Below, one piece after another: positions 19,301 through 28,777 of a stretch of 64,000 nt of DNA (positions are counted from its first letter, which is position 1; every line of letters starts with the position of its first letter). The translations under genes and the position numbers were made by a program. The stretch comes from Phycisphaeraceae bacterium (GTDB lineage Bacteria; Planctomycetota; Phycisphaerae; Phycisphaerales; UBA1924). The notes below the pieces were generated by a model. It had not been told where the DNA came from. It was given only the letters and a program-made list of their open reading frames with translations, and made no database searches. The stretch lies in NCBI GenBank assembly GCA_019636845.1, contig JAHBWV010000002.1, forward strand, positions 35,655-99,654, in the 5' to 3' direction.

Positions 19301-20411
19301 TTCTTTCAACTGCTGGCCTGCCCTCTGCCACCTGAGCCGGATCAGAAGACACTTCTCTCGAGAGCGGTGCCACCGAAGAGGGAACCACCAAAGAAGAATC
19401 CACTTTCATCCGCTGCGTGACGCGCACGCTCGGCGTCGGCGGCTCTTCCTCCTTGATGATGCGACGCATCTCGTCCCACGCCGCCGAACGCAGCCGCTTC
19501 CCATCAAACGGCGTGTCGCCCGCCAGCAACTCGTACAACAGCACACCCAGCGCGTACACATCCGTCCGTGTGTCAATATCCGGCGACCCCTGGGCTTGCT
19601 CGGGGCTCATGTACTCGGGCGTGCCGATGAGCTGCCGATGCTCGGTGAAGAGCGTCTTGTCAGTCAGGCCGCCGGCGGATGCGGTGGCCTTGGCGATGCC
19701 GAAGTCGATGACGCGAGCGAAGGGCTTGCCGTCGGTCATGGTGACGAGCACGTTGCCGGGCTTGATGTCGCGGTGGATGATCCCCTTGGTGTGGGCGTGC
19801 TGCACGGCGGAGCAGACCTGGGCGAAGAGTTCGAGCCGGGCGCGGAGATCGAGGGTGTTGTTTGCCGCGAACTGTGTGATGGCATCACCGACGACGTATT
19901 CCATGACGAAGTAGGGGCGGCCGCCGCCGTGCTCGGTGATGGGAGTTGCGCCGGCATCCAGCACGCGGGCGATGTGCGGGTGGTCCATGAGGGCGAGGGC
20001 CTGGCGCTCGGCCTCGAAGCGCGCGATCACCTGCTTGGTGTCCATGCCGAGCTTGATGATCTTGAGGGCGACGCGCCGGCGGACGGGATCGGTCTGCTCG
20101 GCGAGGAAGACGGTACCGAAGCCACCCTCGCCGATGACCTGGAGGAGTTTGTAGGGGCCGACGCGCGAGCCGGGGGCTTCGGTGATGGTTGCGTTACGGA
20201 TGGTGGTCGCGGCGGTGGGGCTGGTCATGAACCCCCCAACGCCCGCGGCGTCGTGTGAGCCCAGCAGGGCTTCGACCTCGGCGCGGAGGGCGGGGTTGTT
20301 GCCGCAGAGCCGACCGAGCGCAGCAGCACGCTCGGTCGGCGGGAGGCCCGCAACCTCATCAAAGATCGAGCGAACGCGATCACGGTTCGGCTTGTTGTCA
20401 TGCTCGTTCAT
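16350..20411 (-). CDS. Ser/Thr protein kinase with a TM helix and a large WD40 beta-propeller region
   Basis: The kinase motifs are [20 protein letters not shown], DFG and GTPEYMSPE. The TM helix is [24 protein letters not shown]. WD40 units include [31 protein letters not shown] and [31 protein letters not shown]. Confidence 0.92.
   Translation of the reverse strand: [1353 protein letters not shown]
19267..19374. repeat. REP-like palindromic element (family A) embedded in frame in the kinase gene
   Basis: GCACCGCTCTCCAGAGCGGTG lies at 19267-19287 and a further half-site AGAGCGGTGCCACC at 19361-19374. The span is 108 nt (36 codons) and encodes SVAPLSRE...SHTALESGA in the linker before [13 protein letters not shown]. 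Confidence 0.5.
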
Positions 20412-20412
20412 G

Positions 20413-20994
20413 TCATGCGTCTCCGTCGCCCTCGGTCAGCAAGCGATGGAGCCGCGCCCGGGCGAAGGTCCATTGGCGTGCCGCGGAGCGTGGGGAGATT
20501 CCCATGGCTTCGGCGGCGTGTTCCACGCTGAGGCCCGCGAAGAACCGCAGCTTGACGATCGCCGCGGCTTCCGGATCCTCAACCTCCAAGCGTGCGAGGG
20601 CACGATCGACTGCCAGGATTGTCTCGGAATCCGAGGAGGCGAGTGCGGCAACATCGGGGAGGTCGGCGGTTCGCGGTCGGGGGGGTTCACGTCCGCCGCG
20701 GGCTTGCTTGGCCCGGGCGTGGTCGATGAGGATCTGGCGCATGGCTTGTGCGGCGGCGGCATAGAAGTGCGCACGATTCTGCCACTGGATGTCGCGCGGG
20801 CCGAGGAGCTTGAGGTAGGCGTCGTGGACGAGGGCCGTGGGCTGGAGGGTGTGGGCGGGAGATTCGTGGGCGAGGGCGATCGCCGCGGCGGCGCGGAGCT
20901 GGTCGTAGACGAGCGGGAGGAGTTGGTTGATGCGGTCGTCGGGGGAGAGAGAGTCGTTGAGGAGGATGGTGAGGGGCGGGGGATCGGTGGGCAT
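20413..20994 (-). CDS. ECF sigma factor of the kinase-associated type
   Basis: LLPLVYDQLRAAAAIALAHESPAHTLQPTALVHDAYLKLLG...NRAHFYAAAAQAMRQILIDHAR is typical of ECF sigmas encoded next to Ser/Thr kinases. Its stop lies 1 nt before the kinase ATG (TGAcATG). Confidence 0.88.
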   Translation of the reverse strand: MPTDPPPLTILLNDSLSPDDRINQLLPLVYDQLRAAAAIALAHESPAHTLQPTALVHDAYLKLLGPRDIQWQNRAHFYAAAAQAMRQILIDHARAKQARGGREPPRPRTADLPDVAALASSDSETILAVDRALARLEVEDPEAAAIVKLRFFAGLSVEHAAEAMGISPRSAARQWTFARARLHRLLTEGDGDA

Positions 20995-21017
20995 CGGGAG
21001 AGCGTACCGCGCAGCGC

Positions 21018-21051
21018 AAGAAGAAGGCCGCGCTGAACGACCAGCGCGGCC
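21018..21051 (-). terminator. Rho-independent terminator after the PEP-CTERM gene
   Basis: A perfect 10-bp stem pairs GGCCGCGCTG (21026-21035) with CAGCGCGGCC (21042-21051), with a 6-nt loop. On the minus strand it is followed by TTCTTCTT. Confidence 0.6.
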
Positions 21052-21079
21052 TCGAGATTGTCAGTTGCGTGTTCGAGGG

Positions 21080-21658
21080 TCAGCGGCGGCGGCGTGCGGC
21101 GCAGGATGCAAGGCCCAGGAGCGCGAGGGCACCGGGCGTCGGGATCACACGGACGGTGGCCGTGAAGTACACCTGATCCGCACTGGGCGTGTGCCAGATG
21201 TTGAGCGCATCGTTTCCGATGTTCGGGCGGTCACCCCACGGACCGACGCCGTCGGCTCCGAATGAGAGCGGGGCCATGGTCGAGACGCCGAAGCCGGTGA
21301 CCGAGACCACCCAATCGGTCTGATTGGTGACCAGGCGGTCGGCACCGTTGGAGAAGAGACTGCCGTTGTTGACAGTCAGGTCGGCGATGAACGCGGCGGG
21401 GTCGCCGAAGTCCTGGGCGGAGACCTGGATGTAATACGTGCCTGCGGCGGTGAAGTCGTACGTACCGGAGAAAGTTGCACCCCAGTTGTTGCCTGTCAGG
21501 AAGATGTCACCCTGCAGGGTGGGGTCGGTCGAGATGGACATCTGGAATGCGTTGTCGGCGGTGGCAAACGCGGTGAGCGTGGCGACCTGAGCCGAGGCGG
21601 CACCTGCGACTGCCGCGACCATGGAGCATGTGAACACGAATCGAACGGTGTTGGACAT
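21080..21658 (-). CDS. Secreted PEP-CTERM-anchored protein
   Basis: The signal peptide is MSNTVRFVFTCSMVAAVAGAASAQ. The C-terminus VIPTPGALALLGLASCAARRRR has the PEP-CTERM architecture: a Pro-containing motif, a TM helix and an Arg-rich tail. Confidence 0.8.
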   Translation of the reverse strand: MSNTVRFVFTCSMVAAVAGAASAQVATLTAFATADNAFQMSISTDPTLQGDIFLTGNNWGATFSGTYDFTAAGTYYIQVSAQDFGDPAAFIADLTVNNGSLFSNGADRLVTNQTDWVVSVTGFGVSTMAPLSFGADGVGPWGDRPNIGNDALNIWHTPSADQVYFTATVRVIPTPGALALLGLASCAARRRR

Positions 21659-22003
21659 AACGACCTCCTCCGCGGCATGTTGGCGGTATGAGAAAAGATA
21701 CAGCGCATTCTCGGGCGTGCCAGTAAAGCGGCGGGCCGGAGCAGGGTATTTGCGTACTTCGGGCGAAAGCGCACCGCCGCGGTTCGGGGGGTGTGGGGGT
21801 TTTCAGCGTCTTTCAAGATGGCCGTCGACAATCGGCGAAGGCCGGGGGGTCGCGGAGGTGGGTGTAGACGAGGGGGCAACCGGTTGATGTGATCGTTGGA
21901 GGAAGGGTGTCTCGTTCAGCAGGATTGTCAGCGGGTCTTTGGGCATAGAAAGAGAAGAGCGGGAAGGAGACGGAAAACGGACGCAAGGTGGGCCGCGAAA
22001 GGC

Positions 22004-22022
22004 CACCGCTTGGCGAGCGGTG
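22004..22022. repeat. REP-like hairpin, family A variant
   Basis: CACCGCT-tggcg-AGCGGTG lies 18 nt downstream of the TVP38 stop. Confidence 0.4.
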
Positions 22023-22039
22023 CCAGCACCAACTGACGA

Positions 22040-22870
22040 TCATTCCAGTGAGGATGGTGCCTGCCCGGTGACCTTCTCCAGTGCCTTCTTCGCGATGTGG
22101 CCGATCACGATGATGACGACGAGCGTCAGGCCGATGCCGGCGAAGATCATCCACTTGGGGCGGGTTTCGGCGGCAGTGGCGACATCCTGGATCTGTGAGG
22201 CAACAAAGACCGCAACACCCGTCCGCGGAGCCATGCCGATCAACGTCCCCAACAAATATGGGAAACGCGGCACCTTCGCCGCAGCCATCACGAGGTTGGT
22301 GAGCGCAAACGGCGAGTTCGGCGGCAGGCGCAGCAACGCCACAATGCCGAGCGTCTTGAAGAAGCCCGAGCCGATCAGTGACTCACGCACCGCCCGCCAC
22401 TTGGGGTGCTCATCGATGATCACCTTCACCTTGTCGCCGGTCGCGCCCCACGCAACGCCGTAGCCGATGAGCGCGCCGCCGAAAAAGCCCGCGAGCGCGG
22501 CCGGAAACCCCGCCGCGAAGCCGAACGCCCACCCGCCCAGCACCGCCTGCGCATACGTCGGCAGCAACGCAAGACCCGCAAGCACCGCGAAGCACCCCGC
22601 GTACAAAAACACCCCGGCAACGCCGTGCGACTGAAGCCAAGGACCCACAATCGTCAGCGTCCCAAGCAGCGCAAAGCCCCCCAGCGGCGGCAACACCGAA
22701 GCAACGATCGCCAAAGGACCCACAGCTCCCGAACGCTTGAACAGTGAGCCGATGGATTCCTTCGCGGGTGGCGTTGTACGGTCAATGGCTTCCTGAACGG
22801 GCGCGGCGGGGGATGAATCTTGAGATTGGTCGGGCGAGGAGCCGGGCGATGGATTGTGGGCGTCGCTCAT
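22040..22870 (-). CDS. TVP38/TMEM64 (DedA-related) family membrane protein
   Basis: It is a multi-TM protein whose core is characteristic of the family (LLPTYAQAVLGGWAFGF...GIVALLRLPPNSPFALTNLVMAAAKVPRFPYLLGTLIGMAP). Confidence 0.85.
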   Translation of the reverse strand: MSDAHNPSPGSSPDQSQDSSPAAPVQEAIDRTTPPAKESIGSLFKRSGAVGPLAIVASVLPPLGGFALLGTLTIVGPWLQSHGVAGVFLYAGCFAVLAGLALLPTYAQAVLGGWAFGFAAGFPAALAGFFGGALIGYGVAWGATGDKVKVIIDEHPKWRAVRESLIGSGFFKTLGIVALLRLPPNSPFALTNLVMAAAKVPRFPYLLGTLIGMAPRTGVAVFVASQIQDVATAAETRPKWMIFAGIGLTLVVIIVIGHIAKKALEKVTGQAPSSLE

Positions 22871-22927
22871 GTCAGGGGGCAGCGTAGGGCGCGGGTTGTC
22901 ATGCGTGCCGCGAGCGATTGTGTTGCG

Positions 22928-23251
22928 TCAGCCCTTCTCGCGTTCGAACGAGGGCTGTTGGCGGCCGTGCCGGAACGCGAGAATCTCAACGAAGCGGTGC
23001 TCATCATCCACGCGAAAGAAGATCGCATAGTCGCCGCGGTTGGCGCGCCTTACCTCGTAGCCCCTCGCAGCGCTGGTTGCGTCGGCAACGGGAAAGCGGC
23101 GTGGCCAGTCGGAGAGCGAGTCGATGAGATGGAGCAGACCATCGAGCCAGTCTTGAAGCCGGTCATCGGCGGTGCCCTGTTTGATCAAGTAGGAGACCTG
23201 TGCGTCGATGGCTTCCTCGACCGCGCGCGGAACGACAACGCGAAAGCTCAT
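22928..23251 (-). CDS. parE: Type II toxin, ParE/RelE superfamily
   Basis: The protein is 107 aa. Its C-terminus (YEVRRANRGDYAIFFRVDDEHRFVEILAFRHGRQ) is typical of ParE. Its ATG overlaps the upstream antitoxin stop (ATGA). Confidence 0.8.
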   Translation of the reverse strand: MSFRVVVPRAVEEAIDAQVSYLIKQGTADDRLQDWLDGLLHLIDSLSDWPRRFPVADATSAARGYEVRRANRGDYAIFFRVDDEHRFVEILAFRHGRQQPSFEREKG

Positions 23252-23541
23252 GGCTTGCGGGAGATCTTGTGCTTCTTGGCGATGGAGCGAACGGCCTCGC
23301 GAGCGTCACGGGCACGTCCGGCCTTGAGGTCCGCCTCGCTGCGAAGGATCATCGCGAGCGTTTCGGCCATGTCGGCACGGTCGGCCAGTTCGTCGTAGGC
23401 CCTGGCGCTCAGCACCACCGCCTCGGTCTGGCCGTTGGTCGTGACGTAGAGCGGTCGGTCCGACTTGTTGAGGCGGTCCAGGTGCTCGCGAAGGTTTTTG
23501 CGATGCTCCGTGACGCTGGTGATGTCGGTGGTGCGGGTCAT
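23248..23541 (-). CDS. Type II antitoxin, Phd/YefM family
   Basis: MTRTTDITSVTEHRKNLREHLDRLNKSDRPLYVTTNGQTEAVVLSARAYDEL matches the Phd/YefM fold signature. The start is the internal ATG 23541, with GGAGAGG upstream. Confidence 0.8.
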   Translation of the reverse strand: MTRTTDITSVTEHRKNLREHLDRLNKSDRPLYVTTNGQTEAVVLSARAYDELADRADMAETLAMILRSEADLKAGRARDAREAVRSIAKKHKISRKP

Positions 23542-23560
23542 GGCCTCTCCATCGGCTGAG

Positions 23561-23583
23561 TGTACAGAATAATGTACGTCATG
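23561..23583 (-). promoter_or_regulatory. Candidate promoter/operator of the phd-parE operon
   Basis: The minus strand reads CATGACGTACATTATTCTGTACA, with GTACA repeats and TACATT as a possible -10. It lies 20-40 nt upstream of the antitoxin ATG. The 14-mer CATGACGTACATTA recurs at 29910-29923. Confidence 0.35.
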
Positions 23584-23673
23584 AAGAAGGTGGGTGTTCC
23601 CCGGTCCGCGCGCGGCCGTAGCTCGCAAATCGCCGCCCTTCTTATGGGACGAACACGGCTCACTCGACGATGC

Positions 23674-24045
23674 TCACGCGTACCGCCTCAGCCCCCGCTT
23701 GATCCAGCCCCCGTCGTGCCAGTTGGCCGGGTCGTGGTGGGTCCAGTGGAGCGTGCCGCCCTGATCGGTCCACGTGTACTCACCCTGGAAGCGGATCTTG
23801 TTTCCGATCTTCAGCGGCACGCGCCTCGCAAGGTCGATGTTGTGTGCAACAAGCACCGTAAAGGGGCGTCTGAACACGCCGCCCTGAATCCGGAGAAGGA
23901 AACGCTGGTGGCGGCTGCCCACGCTGTCGTCCGCGAGAATCCGGATCACCCGCCCGCTGCCGACGACCCACGCCTCGCCCGCGCGACGCCTGAAGGCGTC
24001 GCGGATCGGGATGCAGGTGTTGAGGCGCTGCGCGGTGGCTGTCAC
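23674..24045 (-). CDS. DUF3465-like small protein
   Basis: DDSVGSRHQRFLLRI...VLVAHNIDLARRVPLKIGNKIRFQGEYTWTDQGGTLHWTHHDPANWHDGGWI matches my recollection of the DUF3465 signature. The GTG start lies 4 nt after the MoxR stop. I see no obvious signal peptide. Confidence 0.6.
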   Translation of the reverse strand: MTATAQRLNTCIPIRDAFRRRAGEAWVVGSGRVIRILADDSVGSRHQRFLLRIQGGVFRRPFTVLVAHNIDLARRVPLKIGNKIRFQGEYTWTDQGGTLHWTHHDPANWHDGGWIKRGLRRYA

Positions 24046-24049
24046 GCGC

Positions 24050-25132
<1,083 letters not shown>

Positions 25133-25267
25133 GCCTCAAACCCTCCGTGGGGATCCGCGTCCTCTTCATGCCCTCACCGCGATGCACATGGTACCGGGGT
25201 GCCGCGACGGGGATTCGCCCGTTCACGCACACCACGCGCCCGCCACCGCCCGCCCATACCCTCTCAC

Positions 25268-25600
25268 ATGCCCGCCGATGCCGACCCATCCCTTCCCGGC
25301 CCCCTCACCGACGCAACCGTCCGCAAGGTGGCATCCCTCGCACGCCTCGCCATCGCCGACGACCATGTCGCACTCTACCAGCACCAACTCTCCGATGTCC
25401 TGAAGTACATCGAGCGCCTCCGCACACTCGATCTCGAAGGCGTCGAGCCGCTGACGCACGCCGGCGACACCCTCAATCGCATGCGCGACGACGAGGTCGG
25501 CCCCATGCTCACCAACGCCGATGCCATCGCCCTCGCGCCCGAGTCCACCGGGCCGTTCATCAAAGTCCCCAAGGTCATCGGCGATGGGGGGGGCGCGTGA
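25268..25600 (+). CDS. gatC: Asp/Glu-tRNA amidotransferase subunit C
   Basis: VRKVASLARLAIADDHVALYQHQLSDVLKYIERLRTLDLEGVEPLTH. The stop overlaps the gatA GTG (GTGA). Confidence 0.9.
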   Translation: MPADADPSLPGPLTDATVRKVASLARLAIADDHVALYQHQLSDVLKYIERLRTLDLEGVEPLTHAGDTLNRMRDDEVGPMLTNADAIALAPESTGPFIKVPKVIGDGGGA

Positions 25601-27102
25601 CGCCCCCGCCGAGCGATCCCGCCGCGCCGCCTGTCACGGGCGCCGCGCTCGCCGCCCGCATCCGCGCCGGCGAACTCACCGCCGTCGCAGCCACGCAGCG
25701 CGCGCTCGCCCAACTCGACGCCCTCAACCCCGCGCTCAACTGCTTCATCGACACCTTCCCCGATCAGTCCCTCGCCCGTGCCGCCACCATCGACAAGGCC
25801 CGCGCCGACGGAGCACCACTCGGCCCGCTCGCAGGCGTCCCCATCGCCCTCAAAGACAACATGTGCCTGTCGTGGGGCCGCACGACCTGCGCAAGCAAGA
25901 TGCTCGCCGACTACCGCTCCCCCTACACGCTCACCGCGGGCCAACGCCTCATCGATGCCGGCGCGATCATCGTCGGCAAGGCCAACATGGACGAGTTCGC
26001 CATGGGCTCCAGCGGCGAGTCCTCCTTCTTCGGACCAACCAGGAACCCGCTCGATCACTCGCGCGTCCCCGGCGGCTCTTCCTCCGGCTCCGCCGCAGCC
26101 GTCGCCGCCGACATCGTCCCCGTCGCCCTCGGCAGCGACACGGGCGGCTCCATCCGCCAGCCCGCCGGGCTCTCCGGCGTCGTCGGCATGAAACCCACTT
26201 ACGGACGCGTCAGCCGCTACGGGCTCGTCGCCTACGCCTCCTCGCTCGACCAGATCGGGCCCCTCGCTCGCACCGTTGAAGACTGCGCGCTCATCCTCGA
26301 GACGATCTGCGGCGTCGATCCCGCCGACGGCACCACCGCCGATCTGCCCGCGCCATCGCTCCTCGCCACGCTCAACGACCCCATCGACCGACCCGTCATC
26401 GGCGTGCCCAAGCAGGCCCACGACCCCCACAACCACCCCGGCGTCGTCAACGCCCTCGGCGATGCCATCGACGCCTTCGTGCGCATGGGCGCACGCATCG
26501 TCGAGGTCGATCTCGCGCACGTCGCACACGGCATCGCGGCGTACTACCTCGTCGCCTCCGCCGAGGCCAGCTCAAACCTCGCCCGCTTCGACGGCGTCCG
26601 CTACGGCCATCGCGCCACGCTCCAGCCCGGCGACGAGCTGCTCGACCTCTACTGCAAGTCGCGCGCCGAGGGCTTCGGCCCCGAGGTCCAGCGTCGCATC
26701 ATGCTCGGCACCTACGCGCTCTCCAGCGGATACGCCGACGCCTACTACAACACCGCCCTCAAGGTCCGGCGTCTCATCCGGCGCGACTACGACAGCGCGT
26801 TCGCCCCGAACGATCGCATGGGCACACCCGCGTGCGATGCGATCCTCATGCCCTCCAGCCCGAGCCCCGCGTTCAAACTCGGCGAGAAGACAAGCGACCC
26901 CCTCGCGATGTATCTCGAAGATGTCTACACCGTCACCGTCAATCTCGCCGGGCTCCCGGCCATCACCCTCCCCGGCACACCCACAACCGTCGACGGCGTC
27001 TCGCTCCCCGTCGGCATGCAACTGATCGGCCGCGCCTTCGATGAGCCGCGCCTGCTCCGCATCGCCCGCATGCTCGAACTGGCGGGCGGCAACAGACCGT
27101 AA
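25597..27102 (+). CDS. gatA: Asp/Glu-tRNA amidotransferase subunit A
   Basis: The amidase signature is GGSSSGSAAAVAADIVPVALGSDTGGSIRQPA, preceded by KANMDEFAMGSS. The start is GTG 25597. Confidence 0.93.
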   Translation: MTPPPSDPAAPPVTGAALAARIRAGELTAVAATQRALAQLDALNPALNCFIDTFPDQSLARAATIDKARADGAPLGPLAGVPIALKDNMCLSWGRTTCASKMLADYRSPYTLTAGQRLIDAGAIIVGKANMDEFAMGSSGESSFFGPTRNPLDHSRVPGGSSSGSAAAVAADIVPVALGSDTGGSIRQPAGLSGVVGMKPTYGRVSRYGLVAYASSLDQIGPLARTVEDCALILETICGVDPADGTTADLPAPSLLATLNDPIDRPVIGVPKQAHDPHNHPGVVNALGDAIDAFVRMGARIVEVDLAHVAHGIAAYYLVASAEASSNLARFDGVRYGHRATLQPGDELLDLYCKSRAEGFGPEVQRRIMLGTYALSSGYADAYYNTALKVRRLIRRDYDSAFAPNDRMGTPACDAILMPSSPSPAFKLGEKTSDPLAMYLEDVYTVTVNLAGLPAITLPGTPTTVDGVSLPVGMQLIGRAFDEPRLLRIARMLELAGGNRP

Positions 27103-27127
27103 CGATCGGGCGGCGTGCCCCACGCGC

Positions 27128-28777
27128 TCACGCAACCTGGGCCACAAAGAACAGCAGCACCGACATGATCGTCCCGTTGTGCAGCGCGTGCGCGACGATC
27201 GGCGCGATCAACGAGCCCCGCCACTCACGCATCAACGCGAAGTTGAAGCCGAGCGCGATCACAGGCAGCAGCAGCAACGGCGAATAGCCGTGGATCAGCC
27301 CGAAAAAGAGCGCGGAGCACACCGCCGCCACCAGCACGCCCACCCGCGAGCGCAGGTGTCGATACAGCCCGCCCCGGAAGATCGCCTCCTCGGTGAACGG
27401 AGCCCAGATCGTCGCGAGCATGAAAAGCAGAATCGGCGCCAGCCCGCCGGACGTTGCGATATCCAGAATCGGGTTGTGGGGCGTCTCGGGGGGCTCGCCA
27501 GCTGCCTGCCTGATCGCCGACTGCACCACAATGCCGATGAACACGATCGCAAACGCCGCCATCACGAGCGGCAGTCCCGCCAGATAACAGAACACACCCG
27601 CCAGCACCTCGCGCATGATCCCCTTCCCCCGCGTCCAGCCAAGACGCTGCGCGTGCTCCTTGAGCGAAACACCACGAACCAGCGGCCAGAACGCCGCGAG
27701 CGCAACCGGCCACTGCGCGATCAGACCGATCTGCAGAATCACCCCCTCGTCCGCGTTCGGACCCATGACTGAGGCGACAATGCCCAGGCCGACCTTGAGC
27801 AACAGGAACGCGACCATGAACACCGCGAGCATCTCGATGTAGACGCTCCCGCCGGGCATTGGCGCCGCGAACGCGCGCCGTGCGCCGGGCCTCGACATCC
27901 GCATGATGGCAATGACCATGCAGACAAACGACAGCGGGATCACAACCACGAGCGCGCCCGCAAAGACGAGCAGCGCGCCGACCAACAGCTCGCCCCCGCC
28001 GACCAGCCGCGCCCGCTCCGGGTCGCTCTCGGGCCTCCCGAAGGTCAACGCGATCCGTCCGAGTCGCCCGTGCCGATTCACCAGCCGCTCGCGCTCATCC
28101 TGCGTGAGCGAGTCCGCGCTCACCGGGCCGGGGATCGGCCCCCCCGCCCCACCATAGATCGCGCGGAGCAGATCGATATCACCCACCAACTCGTCGGCCG
28201 CCTCGGGTTCGAGCGCGGGCGCACCAGATACGCGATCGATCTCGATCTCTCCGCGAACCGCGTCGAGCCGGCTCATCGCCTCCTCGGGCCCGACCAGCTC
28301 CGCCGCGGCTATCGCCGCCCGCACACGCTCGACCATCGGCTCCGCCGCCGCCCCCGCCGCCTGATCGATCTGGCGGAGCATCTCCGACGAACTCCCCGCC
28401 TGCATGCTGTTGAACGCACGCCCGGCCTTGATCATCATCGCGCTGACCATGACCTGCGGGTTGCTGTCCGCGCTCGGGGCCGACGCCTCTCCCGGCGGCT
28501 TCGCGGGCCCGCTGCACTGGTTCAACGCGATCGTGAGACAGAACAGCACAATCGCGACAAGCCACGCGATCCGCCCCGCCCCCGAAGAGCCCGGGTCCCG
28601 CGTCTCACGCCCCGGAGGCGCAACATCCTCAGAGCCCCCGGAGACAGAGGCATCCCCGCCCTGCATCCCCGCGGCGTACGGATCGCGCACACGCGGCGCG
28701 CCCGGAGTGGACCAGGGATCACGCGGATCAACCTTGCTCCCCGCACGCGGATCGAATGGGTCGGTCGTGTTCGGCAT
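27128..28777 (-). CDS. CPBP-family intramembrane glutamic endopeptidase (CAAX protease-like) with a long N-terminal region
   Basis: The C-terminal motifs are FTEEAIFRGG, LFFGLIHG and AHALHNG. Several TM helices are present. Confidence 0.8.
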   Translation of the reverse strand: MPNTTDPFDPRAGSKVDPRDPWSTPGAPRVRDPYAAGMQGGDASVSGGSEDVAPPGRETRDPGSSGAGRIAWLVAIVLFCLTIALNQCSGPAKPPGEASAPSADSNPQVMVSAMMIKAGRAFNSMQAGSSSEMLRQIDQAAGAAAEPMVERVRAAIAAAELVGPEEAMSRLDAVRGEIEIDRVSGAPALEPEAADELVGDIDLLRAIYGGAGGPIPGPVSADSLTQDERERLVNRHGRLGRIALTFGRPESDPERARLVGGGELLVGALLVFAGALVVVIPLSFVCMVIAIMRMSRPGARRAFAAPMPGGSVYIEMLAVFMVAFLLLKVGLGIVASVMGPNADEGVILQIGLIAQWPVALAAFWPLVRGVSLKEHAQRLGWTRGKGIMREVLAGVFCYLAGLPLVMAAFAIVFIGIVVQSAIRQAAGEPPETPHNPILDIATSGGLAPILLFMLATIWAPFTEEAIFRGGLYRHLRSRVGVLVAAVCSALFFGLIHGYSPLLLLPVIALGFNFALMREWRGSLIAPIVAHALHNGTIMSVLLFFVAQVA

